A stretch of DNA of 64,000 nt from NCBI GenBank assembly GCA_964389655.1, contig CAYMED010000009.1, forward strand, positions 19,531-83,530. The letters are read 5' to 3'. The notes below the pieces were generated by a model that was not told the origin of the DNA, searched no databases, and worked only from the letters and a program-made list of their open reading frames with translations. The translations under genes were made by a program, and so were the position numbers. Every line of letters begins with the position of its first letter. Within the stretch, counting starts at the first letter, position 1. Source of the stretch: an uncultured Candidatus Poseidoniales archaeon (GTDB lineage: Archaea; Thermoplasmatota; Poseidoniia; Poseidoniales; CAYMED01). Below, in pieces: positions 48,935-58,340 of the stretch.

Positions 48935-49372
48935 ATGAGCGGAATGGAGAAGGGTGATCTTCCCGGATGGGCGCACCCATTATGGGAGGCTATTGGATCC
49001 CCTGACATTGACCCATTTAGGAGCCGATTAGATGGTGACCTTATCGAAAGAAGGCCGGGATTGAGACGAGACGATTTAGTTGAGATATATCTAGATGCAC
49101 GATCATTACCTGAGGGGGAAAATAACATTCGGCGTGGGCGCCTTGTGGAAATCTCAAAGACGTCTTTAGAACTTCTAGATGAAGAAGGCATGCAGCGCTT
49201 CATCGCCCGTGATGCTCTAGTTGAGATTATTCTGATAGCACACCTTCGCCCAGCGTATCTAGATGATGATGACCTAATTGCTTTTGAGCACAAAGACATG
49301 AAACGACGCAAAAAACGCCTAGAGAAAGCTGAAACCGATAACATGGACGATGAACAGCACATTTGGGGTTAA
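48935..49372 (+). CDS. Hypothetical protein
   Basis: Divergent from NOG1; protein-like composition, abuts the ferredoxin gene. Confidence 0.65.
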   Translation: MSGMEKGDLPGWAHPLWEAIGSPDIDPFRSRLDGDLIERRPGLRRDDLVEIYLDARSLPEGENNIRRGRLVEISKTSLELLDEEGMQRFIARDALVEIILIAHLRPAYLDDDDLIAFEHKDMKRRKKRLEKAETDNMDDEQHIWG

Positions 49373-49374
49373 GC

Positions 49375-49725
49375 ATGACAACTAGTAAATCGGATCGAAA
49401 TGAGCCCGGATATGAGCGACATGTATTCATCTGTGGACATGAACGGCCCATAGACCACCCCCGAGGTTCTTGTGCTGCTAAGGGTTCCCTCACTCTTCTC
49501 AAGATGATGAAGAAAAGTGCAAAAGAAAGTGGAGTCAAGAAAATTCGAGTTCAGAAGTCAGGTTGCCTCAACTATTGCGAGCATGGTCCCTCGTGCGTTG
49601 TTTATCCTGAAGGTACGTGGTATCACCTCAGTCCTGATGGGATGAATGTCGAGAAGATTGTAGAGAGACATCTCCTGAAAGGAGAAATACATACTGAAAG
49701 CATCATGCACATAGATAAAAAATAG
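49375..49725 (+). CDS. Thioredoxin-like [2Fe-2S] ferredoxin
   Basis: FIC...GSC...SGCLNYCEHGP..VVYPEGTWY. Confidence 0.92.
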   Translation: MTTSKSDRNEPGYERHVFICGHERPIDHPRGSCAAKGSLTLLKMMKKSAKESGVKKIRVQKSGCLNYCEHGPSCVVYPEGTWYHLSPDGMNVEKIVERHLLKGEIHTESIMHIDKK

Positions 49726-49728
49726 AAA

Positions 49729-50139
49729 TCACAATCGAACAGGCCTAGTCGCACCACAGGCTTGGCACTTCAGAATTGTAGTCCGGCCATCCTTCCCAAA
49801 AAGGGTATCCGGTGACTTGCACTGATGACAGCGGATATATGTCTCGACGTAAGAACCGATTCTTGACTTGATCTTACGAGGAGGAATTCGCCCCTTTAGG
49901 GTCACTCGACCGCCCGTATGGGTTCCTGATGTGCCCAGTTCTTTCTGGAGAAATTGGTAGAGGTGATTTGAATCCCTGTCCATCCGGCCTGCGATATCGC
50001 CAAAATTTCGAATGACGGTGGAATGACCTTCGATTTCAACATCAGGTTCAGGGAGTGTCCATCGCGCGCGATTAGAGATATCCTTGGGTATGCGTTCAAA
50101 CGCGCGGTCAATCAAAGTATCATACTCAAAACTAGGCAT
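49729..50139 (-). CDS. eif2b: Translation initiation factor 2 subunit beta
   Basis: TVIRNF, KELGT, CHQCKSPDT, CQACGA. Confidence 0.95.
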   Translation of the reverse strand: MPSFEYDTLIDRAFERIPKDISNRARWTLPEPDVEIEGHSTVIRNFGDIAGRMDRDSNHLYQFLQKELGTSGTHTGGRVTLKGRIPPRKIKSRIGSYVETYIRCHQCKSPDTLFGKDGRTTILKCQACGATRPVRL

Positions 50140-50222
50140 AATTGTTGCGGGGAGAATGCCTCGGATAAGGACGCCGATTCAGACCGGAGTGATCATGAGC
50201 CTCTTGAACAAAGGAGCAACTG

Positions 50223-50675
50223 ATGAGTAAAACGATCGAATTGAGGTGGGCACGTGTTCATCCGAATGGGCACGCACCCACACGAGGAAGTTTATCTGCC
50301 GCTGGAATGGATTTACGAACAATCGAGGAGGTTCAAATCCAAAAAGGAACTGTATCCATGGTAAGAACTGGAATCGCTGTAGCAATCCCGCCGGGCTGGG
50401 AAGGCCAGATCCGTGCCCGCTCAGGATTAGCATCAAGAGGGCTGATTGTGGCAAATGGGCCCGGCACGATTGACTCCGATTATAGAGGGGAAATCAAGGT
50501 ATTACTCCTGAATTCAGCAGGTCTAGACCCTTTTGTTCTCGCAGAAGGTGAACGATGTGCTCAGTTACTGCTATCAAAAGTTCCATCTGTAGAAATCATC
50601 GAGGTTTCAGATGCCGAGAAATTGGGAAATACGGAACGAGGCAAAGGAGGCTTCGGATCGACCGGGCGGACGTAA
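50223..50675 (+). CDS. dut: Trimeric dUTP diphosphatase
   Basis: AGMDL, RSG, GTIDSDYRGE, RG.GGFGSTG. Confidence 0.95.
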   Translation: MSKTIELRWARVHPNGHAPTRGSLSAAGMDLRTIEEVQIQKGTVSMVRTGIAVAIPPGWEGQIRARSGLASRGLIVANGPGTIDSDYRGEIKVLLLNSAGLDPFVLAEGERCAQLLLSKVPSVEIIEVSDAEKLGNTERGKGGFGSTGRT

Positions 50676-50719
50676 TGTCAGCGGTGGCTTGATCAATACC
50701 TTGTGAAGAACTGGTATCA

Positions 50720-51307
50720 ATGCCGACGAATATTGATGACCTGAGGGGCGAAGCAGAGCACCTTCGCAATGATGGATTGAACGCACAACAGATTGCGGAT
50801 GAACTATCTCTTTCACAGACTACAATCACCTGGCTCCTTTCAGGTTCTGCTGGAGCAACCGGTGACCGCGAACCCGATGTGAAGATCGGCTGGCGCACAA
50901 TTGGCGTGCGACCACAACGCATTGAAGCAATTGGGAGTGTATTTGCAGACATTGTTCTTGAAGAGACTGATGGTGAAATCGATACGATTGTAGGAATTAG
51001 CCTCAATGGAATCGCATTTGCTCAAGCCATCGCTAGCCATCTAGACTGCGAATTGGCGATTTATCGAAATGTAGAGGGTGAACTTGGAGCCGGCCACCTA
51101 TCGGATAAATTCGGACGCGTGAGCGGCAAAAAGGTCGCCATCGTAGATGATGTATTATCGTCTGGATTTACAATGCGAAAGGCAATGGAGAACTTGCTCA
51201 AGGCGGGAGCAGAAGTAGAACTGTTACTGGTTTTAGTGAACAAGACCATGCTAGATGAAATCGATGGAGTCGCTCTGCGTGGGTTAGTCCGAGCCATCTC
51301 CGTTTGA
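50720..51307 (+). CDS. gfcR: HTH plus PRTase-fold protein (PyrE-like / GfcR regulator)
   Basis: IADELSLSQTTITWL HTH; IVDDVLSSG PRPP loop. Confidence 0.8.
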   Translation: MPTNIDDLRGEAEHLRNDGLNAQQIADELSLSQTTITWLLSGSAGATGDREPDVKIGWRTIGVRPQRIEAIGSVFADIVLEETDGEIDTIVGISLNGIAFAQAIASHLDCELAIYRNVEGELGAGHLSDKFGRVSGKKVAIVDDVLSSGFTMRKAMENLLKAGAEVELLLVLVNKTMLDEIDGVALRGLVRAISV

Positions 51308-51321
51308 GAGGGGGTTCGATC

Positions 51322-52848
51322 GTGCATTGGGCGGACTCAGTTGCTGAAAACCTCGCGAAGAGGGGAGATCATCATATCATAGCCACTGGCATTACACCTA
51401 GTGGACCCATCCACGTTGGAAACATGCGAGAGGTAGTTATCGCAGATATGATCACCCGTGCTTGTGAAGATCAGGGACTTAGGGCCGAATTAGTATATAT
51501 CGCAGACACAGCAGACCCACTTCGGAAAGTATACCCCTTCTTGGACCAAGAAACATACCAGCCCCATGTTGGTAAATCCCTTGCCGAAATCCCCGCACCT
51601 GATGGCAAAGGAAGTTACGCAGAACACTTCATTGCGCCATTTCTATCTGCATTAGAAGAAATAGACATACACCCACGAGTGATTGACAACCATGCTGCAT
51701 ATCAGAAGGGTGAATTTGTTTCTGCTTCAAGGAAAATATGCGATGGCGCCGCTGAAATAAAATCCATTTTAGAAGAAGTATCGGGCAGAAGCATGAAAGA
51801 AGATTGGTTTCCTTGGACCCCACGCAGAGATGATGGAATACTAGGTGGATGCACCGTAAGGGAGTATGAATGGCCCTACGCACACTGGCAGAGACCTGAC
51901 GGAAGTGAAGGAAAGTCGGATATCAGCAAGGGTGAAGGGAAATTACCTTGGCGAATCGATTGGCCGGCTCGCTGGGAATGGGTAGGAGTTACCTGTGAAC
52001 CATTTGGAAAAGACCATTCAGCATCTGGCGGGAGTTGGGACAGTGGACGACGAATTGCTAAATGGCTAGGATGTGTACCCCCACTCCCCGTCAACTATGA
52101 GTGGATCTACCTCAAAGGAAAAGGTGCAATGTCTAGCAGCACCGGAGTCTCGATGAGTGCCCAAGAATTTCTCAGTATAGTCCCCCCAAGCGTACTAAGG
52201 CATCTTATTGCACGCTCACGGCCTGAGCGACACATCGATTTTGACCCAAGAAATCTCTTACAACTTGCTGATGAACATGAGAAATTGACCATGAGAGTTG
52301 CTGCTGATCCAAACGGAGTAGACCATGTGGAAAAAAGAAGATCGGAATTAAGTTTAATCAGTGGAGAGGAAATTGTCAGTAAGCGCGCAATTGGATCAAC
52401 ACATCTATCTCTCCTCGTGCAGGCAAAACCATCCAATGAAGCAGTCCTTGAAGCCCTCAGTAAAACACACGGGATTGACCACACAGCACCATCACGCATG
52501 CTTAATCGAAGAATTGAGAAAATGCGCACATATGTGGAAAGTGCCTATTTTCCCGAAAAAGATCGGCTTACACTCCTAGACCGAGCACCAAAGGACCTCA
52601 CACCTAGTGAAAGAGCCGCAGGTTCAGTCCTCGCCGAAACATGGAGGGATTGCGACGTGTGGCACGGCGAAACCCTGCAAGCAGCTGTACGCGAAGCAGC
52701 CACGAAATCTGGTTTCACCACGAAACAGATTTTTGGCGCAGGTTATAGAATTCTTCTTGGCCGATCCCAAGGACCGAGATTAGGCCCACTTGCTGAAGCA
52801 CTTGGCAAAGAATCTGTCCTAAAGCGTCTCGATTTGGCATCCCACTAA
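51322..52848 (+). CDS. lysS: Lysine--tRNA ligase, class I
   Basis: HWAD, GITPSGPIHVGN, KLPWRIDWPARW, EPFGKDH, MSSS, GPRL. Confidence 0.96.
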   Translation: MHWADSVAENLAKRGDHHIIATGITPSGPIHVGNMREVVIADMITRACEDQGLRAELVYIADTADPLRKVYPFLDQETYQPHVGKSLAEIPAPDGKGSYAEHFIAPFLSALEEIDIHPRVIDNHAAYQKGEFVSASRKICDGAAEIKSILEEVSGRSMKEDWFPWTPRRDDGILGGCTVREYEWPYAHWQRPDGSEGKSDISKGEGKLPWRIDWPARWEWVGVTCEPFGKDHSASGGSWDSGRRIAKWLGCVPPLPVNYEWIYLKGKGAMSSSTGVSMSAQEFLSIVPPSVLRHLIARSRPERHIDFDPRNLLQLADEHEKLTMRVAADPNGVDHVEKRRSELSLISGEEIVSKRAIGSTHLSLLVQAKPSNEAVLEALSKTHGIDHTAPSRMLNRRIEKMRTYVESAYFPEKDRLTLLDRAPKDLTPSERAAGSVLAETWRDCDVWHGETLQAAVREAATKSGFTTKQIFGAGYRILLGRSQGPRLGPLAEALGKESVLKRLDLASH

Positions 52849-52858
52849 GACAGGCAAT

Positions 52859-54241
52859 ATGCTCACTCAGAGGGCATTCTCTCCGACAGGCTTGAAATCC
52901 ACACGTACAACTGGGTGCGCTGTGCCTGTCCACTGTCCCATGTGCGAAGCCGTTGTGGAAGCCGCTGCTGAGGCATGCGGCAGCTGCAAACACGACCTGA
53001 CAAGTGCAGGTCCAATAACGCCTAGTGGACACGACGTTCGCCAGTTAAAATCCGTGATTAGAGAACGAGAAGACCTCTCTATGGCAGAAAAGTTCTCGAT
53101 GATTGCACAAGTAGAGGAAGGAGCAGATCCCGTGGAACTCGGAATCGCCGCACCCGCAGAACCTGCCGCCACATCTGGCGCAACTCCATCCCCTGATGAA
53201 CATGGGGTTACACCGACGCATTTGCCCCCAAATAATGCTGCCCAGCCAGCCATATCTACCCGCTTTACAATAGGTGATCACCCTTCTGCAGCGTCTGCTG
53301 CGGACCTAGTCCTAGGTGATGGTGTCGAGATCAATAAAAAGAGCATTGATGCGATTATTGCCGGAAGTGATGCCGTGAACCTTGGTTCAACTTGGCTGAC
53401 TCAGGCATTCATGATAGGCATAGAAGCAGCACACCATGTTGATGATGTGGCATGCGGGCACGTGTCACGAGAGGGAGGAGGTGGATTTGCAGATATTCCA
53501 GACCTCACCCCTCCAAAGCGGAGTTTTTGTGGAAAATGTGGAAGTGACATCTTGGAACAGATGAAGCGACAGTGGGAAAAGTGGAATGAATTGGGTGGAG
53601 AAGTATCGAACGTTCAGATCGAAGCGGCAATGCAGGCCAGTGTTGCTGCAGTACTCGCACACAGCAATGGTGCTATAAATCGACTAAAAGGCGATGTCGA
53701 ATTGGCAAAAGTCCCAGAAATCGACCCAGATGCCCTACGTGCCGAAATCGAAGCGGAATTACGTGCCAGCCTCACAAAAGAAATTGAGGAGAAGATGCAA
53801 GATACACATGCTAAAGAACTAGAAAAACTCGAACGTAAAGTTGAGGAAGCAAGCAAAGTAAAGCCCTCACCCAGGAAAACATCTACACAAAAAACAGGGA
53901 AAAAGGAAGGAGAAGTGGGTGAAAAGCCAAAGTCCGCTACGAAAAAGAAATCAGGTGCCATGTTTGGGTCAGCTCCGGCCACGCCATCCAAGACATATGA
54001 TGGCGACCCAGATGACAAAACTGAATGGTTCCTTGATGAAGCACTAGACACAGTATATGACCCTCATGGAACGGGAAAGAAACTTACGCGAAAGACCATC
54101 CTTGCACGTTCAGGTGGTGGAAATGTCCGCGTATCAGATGTTGTTCAAGCCTATGCAGAGGGAGGAAAAGATGCCGTATCTGAACTCGCTTGGTCATCGC
54201 CCTTTACAGAATATATCATCGACGCATATGATGCCTGTTGA
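52859..54241 (+). CDS. Hypothetical protein: Zn-ribbons, coiled coil, Lys-rich linker, acidic C-terminal domain
   Basis: CPMC..CGSC, FCGKCG; long ORF. Confidence 0.7.
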   Translation: MLTQRAFSPTGLKSTRTTGCAVPVHCPMCEAVVEAAAEACGSCKHDLTSAGPITPSGHDVRQLKSVIREREDLSMAEKFSMIAQVEEGADPVELGIAAPAEPAATSGATPSPDEHGVTPTHLPPNNAAQPAISTRFTIGDHPSAASAADLVLGDGVEINKKSIDAIIAGSDAVNLGSTWLTQAFMIGIEAAHHVDDVACGHVSREGGGGFADIPDLTPPKRSFCGKCGSDILEQMKRQWEKWNELGGEVSNVQIEAAMQASVAAVLAHSNGAINRLKGDVELAKVPEIDPDALRAEIEAELRASLTKEIEEKMQDTHAKELEKLERKVEEASKVKPSPRKTSTQKTGKKEGEVGEKPKSATKKKSGAMFGSAPATPSKTYDGDPDDKTEWFLDEALDTVYDPHGTGKKLTRKTILARSGGGNVRVSDVVQAYAEGGKDAVSELAWSSPFTEYIIDAYDAC

Positions 54242-54250
54242 GGCCATAAA

Positions 54251-55012
54251 ATGAGTGAGGTATCTCACTTCATTGTTCTCTTTTTGGCAATTACATCCGC
54301 TCTAATTGGAACTTGGATTAAGATCAAGGGCACAAATATTTGGGCTGTAGTCGCGCTTTGCTGTGCACTTGGGGGGTTTCTGCACGCATTAGAGACAAAC
54401 TATCTTTCAGTGAGTGGAATTAGCCGACCACTTCACGCTGTAGTCAGAATGATCCGGATGGTATTGGTTTGGGTTGCACTGCCATGGTGGCTGATGTCTC
54501 GGCAGAATTTCAAAGACTACGGGCCAGTTCAATTCGGCCTTGGTCCTCCAAGCCATAGCAGGATTAGCACATATCTATCAGGAATTGGCCTATATGGACT
54601 CGCGTTGCTCATGTTTGTTTCATTTCCACCCAAGAACAGCGGTTTTCGCTTCTGGAGTTTTGCAAAAGACCTTGGGGGACCCACAGTACTTGATTGGACA
54701 ATAACCCTCCCTGCACTTTGTGTCATGGCTGCAATCACGGATATATTCACGCGAGGTTTTGTACTTCTCAACTTGAAAGAGAGGATAGGAACAAGGGGCG
54801 CCATCATCACTCAAAATATACTTTGGATATTGCTGCATTTATACGAACTAGAACTTCTTTCTTCAGCAATGGGATGGCTAGGTGCAATCGCCCTTGCCCT
54901 CGCCCTTGGAGTGTTGGGCGATATAATAGCCCTGAAAACCGGAAGTGTCCGCCCCCTCATGCTTGGACATGCATTGCTAAATGCGGGGTGGGCAATTTCA
55001 GCATCGCTATAG
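54251..55012 (+). CDS. CPBP/CAAX-protease-like membrane protein
   Basis: Multi-TM; TDIFTRG, LLH and HALLN motifs. Confidence 0.65.
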   Translation: MSEVSHFIVLFLAITSALIGTWIKIKGTNIWAVVALCCALGGFLHALETNYLSVSGISRPLHAVVRMIRMVLVWVALPWWLMSRQNFKDYGPVQFGLGPPSHSRISTYLSGIGLYGLALLMFVSFPPKNSGFRFWSFAKDLGGPTVLDWTITLPALCVMAAITDIFTRGFVLLNLKERIGTRGAIITQNILWILLHLYELELLSSAMGWLGAIALALALGVLGDIIALKTGSVRPLMLGHALLNAGWAISASL

Positions 55013-55016
55013 AACG

Positions 55017-58000
55017 TCATACGTCTTGCAAACAAACTGGTTCAGGAAGACCGTTTTGGCGATACGAATGTATGGCTGCAACTTCTTGTGAAGCACCAGA
55101 GATTGTGGTATGAAAAGGAATACCAAGGTCCACAGCAAGACGACGCATCATATCCCCATCCAGTCGTGCGCCTCCTTTTCTCTCAGGGACATTGACAATA
55201 AGTTGTACTTCCCCCCTGCGCATAAGGTCAAGGGCATCTGGAGCTCTGCGCTCTGCAATCCGGTGAACGATGGATACTGAAACACCAGCTTCACGCAATG
55301 CCCAAGCGGTACCTCTTGTTGCATGTAAGGTAAATCCCATTTCAACTAAGTTCTCTGCGATGGAAATGATTTCTGACTTACTTTCATCCCTTACAGTCAA
55401 GTAAACACCCCCTGACTTAGGCACGGGAAGTTCAGTCGCAAGTCGAGCTTTGAGATAAGCCACCGCTGGAATGGGGTCAATTCCCATAACTTCACCAGTG
55501 GATTTCATCTCAGGCCCAGGGGCTGGGTCAAGACCTCGAAGTTTGAGAAATGGAAATACAGGGGATTTAACCGCGCAAACGTCCATCTGTGGTGCTCCAA
55601 GAACAGAAAATTTCCCACCAAGCATTGCATCCATCGCGAGTCTAGCTAGTGGACGACCACTTGCTTTCGCGACATAGGGCACAGTACGACTTGCTCTAGG
55701 ATTGACTTCTATGATTACTGGTCGACCATCTAAAATCGCATATTGGATGTTGTAAGCACCAATGATTCGCAATGATGAGCCAATCCGGCGCGTGAGTTCT
55801 TCAACTTCAAGAAGGGTGGAGGACGAAAGGTTCTGCGGAGGCATGAAGCAAGTAGAGTCCCCTGAATGGATTCCAACTTCCTCAAGGTGTTCCATAATTG
55901 CTCCTACAATCACATTTTTTCCATCACATACGGCATCGACATCAAGTTCCATTGCCCCTTCTAAAAAAGCATCGACAAGTAAAGGGCGCTCTGCATCCAA
56001 CCATGCTTCAGTGAGATAAGCGGCAAGTTGGTCATCATCTTCAAGAATCTCCATACCACGGCCACCTAGCACAAATGAAGGGCGCACTAGAAGAGGAAAT
56101 CCGAGGTTACCTGCTTCTTCCCGCAATTGATCTGGAGAACTGGCAATTGCAGAAGCAGGAATTGGAAGGCCTTCTCGTTCTGCAAATCCACACCACAAGT
56201 CTCGATCTGAAGCCGCTTCAATAGATTCCACTGGAGTGCCAAGAATATTTGTCAGATGCCCACGATGCTCTAGATCTGGAATAGATTTGGATAATCTGAC
56301 TGCAATATCAATTGCTGTTTGCCCACCAAACTGAGCAACAACATCCCCGCCACCTTCTCGAACGATCACCTCAAGTACGTGCTCTAAGGTAAGTGGCTCA
56401 AAATAGAGGCGGTCACTCACATCAAAGTCTGTTGACACTGTTTCGGGATTATTGTTGACAATAATGGCAGAACGGCCACTAGCCCGTACTTGCTCCACAG
56501 CATGAACACAACTGTAATCGAATTCGATCCCCTGACCGATACGAATTGGTCCTCCCCCCAAGACAATTACGGGTCTCTGTAAAGCCCCATCATCAGACAT
56601 TTTACGATTTGTACTCCCCTCATAGGTTGAATAATCGTACGGTGTTGCGGCTTCAAATTCAGCAGCACAGCTGTCAACCATCCGGAAGGTTGGATGAAGG
56701 CCAGCATCCCATCGACGAGTGCGAATTGCCGATTCATTCAACCGCAACCTTGTGGGATCACGTGCGGGAAATCCTGCAAGTGCATCTGCAACTGCCGCAT
56801 CAGTAAAACCTGCCCTTTTTGCCTTTTCAAGGAGGTTTAAGGGTAGTGTATTCGGATCCCATCCACCTTCAGACAATTCACCCTCTATCATAGCGATACG
56901 AGATAAGCGATGCAGAAACCAAGGCACGATGCCGGTTGCTTCTTCGACAGCCTCAATTGTCCATTCCCGACGAAAGCACTCTATGAGGGCACCAAGACGC
57001 CGATCTGTTGGAATTTGAATCCAATCGGATAGAGTATCTGGATCAAGAGGCGTTTGTGCGCCCTTGATCTGCCCTTCACCATCTCCGAGGTCCGCAAGTG
57101 TTAGAGGTCTTGGATGTCGATGTTTTGTCTCAAGTGATGCCCATGCTTTGAGCAGAGCCTCCTCAAAACATCGGCCAATTGCCATCACTTCACCTGTCGA
57201 TTTCATTGAAGTACCTAGTTGACGGTCGACAGTGCGGAATTTATCAAATGGCCAACGAGGAATTTTTACGACACAATAATCGAGAGTCGGTTCAAATGCT
57301 GCAGTAGTCCTCCCTCCAACAATAGGGTTAGGAATCTCATCGAGGGTTTGTCCCACTGCAATAAGAGCAGCAATTCGGGCAATCGGGTATCCTGTCGCCT
57401 TTGAAGCGAGAGCAGACGAACGACTCACACGTGGGTTGACTTCAATCACTCTCCAATCGCCCGTTGAAGGATTGACTGTGAACTGCACATTGCACCCTCC
57501 GCATATCCGAAGAGCACGAATCAATTGGAGAGCAGCATCACGCAGTTCTTGGTGGTCTCGGTCTGAAAGTGTTTGATGTGGTGCCACAACAATCGATTCA
57601 CCAGTATGAACACCCATGGGATCAAGATTCTCCATAGTACAGACGATGATAGCATTGTTTGCAGAGTCACGCATAACTTCATACTCAAATTCCTGCCAAC
57701 CAAGTAATGATTCCTCAATTAGAACTTGATCTATTCGGGAATGACGTATACCTTGCCGGGCAATCTCAACCAATTCATTTTCATTGTATACTGTACCACC
57801 ACCAAGGCCCCCAAGAGTATAGGCCGGACGCACAAGCAATGGCCACCGGCCAATCTTCGTTGCTGCCGCCAACACTTCTGAAACTGTCGTACAAGCAATG
57901 GCTTCAGGAACCGGTAGTCCCTCTTTCCGGCACAATTCTTCAAACAATTTCCGGTCTTCGGCACGTTCTATAGCCTCGACATCGGACCCTATAAGTTCCA

Positions 58001-58337
58001 CACCATAGCGCTCAAGAACGCCTGAATGTGCAAGTTCCGTGGTGATATTTAGGGCAGTTTGCCCACCCATCCCTGCAAGCAAGGCATCGGGGCGTTCTCG
58101 CTCAATAACACGTTCGACAACTTCCGGAATAATTGGTTCGATGTAAACACGGTCTGCCATCATGGGGTCTGACTGTATCGTAGCAGGATTGCTATTTACT
58201 AAGATGACTTCATACCCACAGTCGCGCAATGCCCGACATGCTTGTGAACCACTGAAATCAAATTCGGCAGCTTGTCCTATACGAATAGGTCCGCTACCCA
58301 GCAAAAGAATTCGTCTGATATCTGATCGAATTGGCAC
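55017..58337 (-). CDS. carB: Carbamoyl-phosphate synthase large subunit
   Basis: GSGPIRIGQAAEFDFSG, NPRVSRSSALASKATG, duplicated ATP-grasp, MGS domain. Confidence 0.97.
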   Translation of the reverse strand: MPIRSDIRRILLLGSGPIRIGQAAEFDFSGSQACRALRDCGYEVILVNSNPATIQSDPMMADRVYIEPIIPEVVERVIERERPDALLAGMGGQTALNITTELAHSGVLERYGVELIGSDVEAIERAEDRKLFEELCRKEGLPVPEAIACTTVSEVLAAATKIGRWPLLVRPAYTLGGLGGGTVYNENELVEIARQGIRHSRIDQVLIEESLLGWQEFEYEVMRDSANNAIIVCTMENLDPMGVHTGESIVVAPHQTLSDRDHQELRDAALQLIRALRICGGCNVQFTVNPSTGDWRVIEVNPRVSRSSALASKATGYPIARIAALIAVGQTLDEIPNPIVGGRTTAAFEPTLDYCVVKIPRWPFDKFRTVDRQLGTSMKSTGEVMAIGRCFEEALLKAWASLETKHRHPRPLTLADLGDGEGQIKGAQTPLDPDTLSDWIQIPTDRRLGALIECFRREWTIEAVEEATGIVPWFLHRLSRIAMIEGELSEGGWDPNTLPLNLLEKAKRAGFTDAAVADALAGFPARDPTRLRLNESAIRTRRWDAGLHPTFRMVDSCAAEFEAATPYDYSTYEGSTNRKMSDDGALQRPVIVLGGGPIRIGQGIEFDYSCVHAVEQVRASGRSAIIVNNNPETVSTDFDVSDRLYFEPLTLEHVLEVIVREGGGDVVAQFGGQTAIDIAVRLSKSIPDLEHRGHLTNILGTPVESIEAASDRDLWCGFAEREGLPIPASAIASSPDQLREEAGNLGFPLLVRPSFVLGGRGMEILEDDDQLAAYLTEAWLDAERPLLVDAFLEGAMELDVDAVCDGKNVIVGAIMEHLEEVGIHSGDSTCFMPPQNLSSSTLLEVEELTRRIGSSLRIIGAYNIQYAILDGRPVIIEVNPRASRTVPYVAKASGRPLARLAMDAMLGGKFSVLGAPQMDVCAVKSPVFPFLKLRGLDPAPGPEMKSTGEVMGIDPIPAVAYLKARLATELPVPKSGGVYLTVRDESKSEIISIAENLVEMGFTLHATRGTAWALREAGVSVSIVHRIAERRAPDALDLMRRGEVQLIVNVPERKGGARLDGDMMRRLAVDLGIPFHTTISGASQEVAAIHSYRQNGLPEPVCLQDV

Positions 58338-58340
58338 ACC

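Noticed and set aside
48868-49362. N-terminal extension of the 544-aa NOG1 ORF
   Set aside because: Antisense shadow of the + strand gene at 48935-49372; homology starts at MGRGLRRVP
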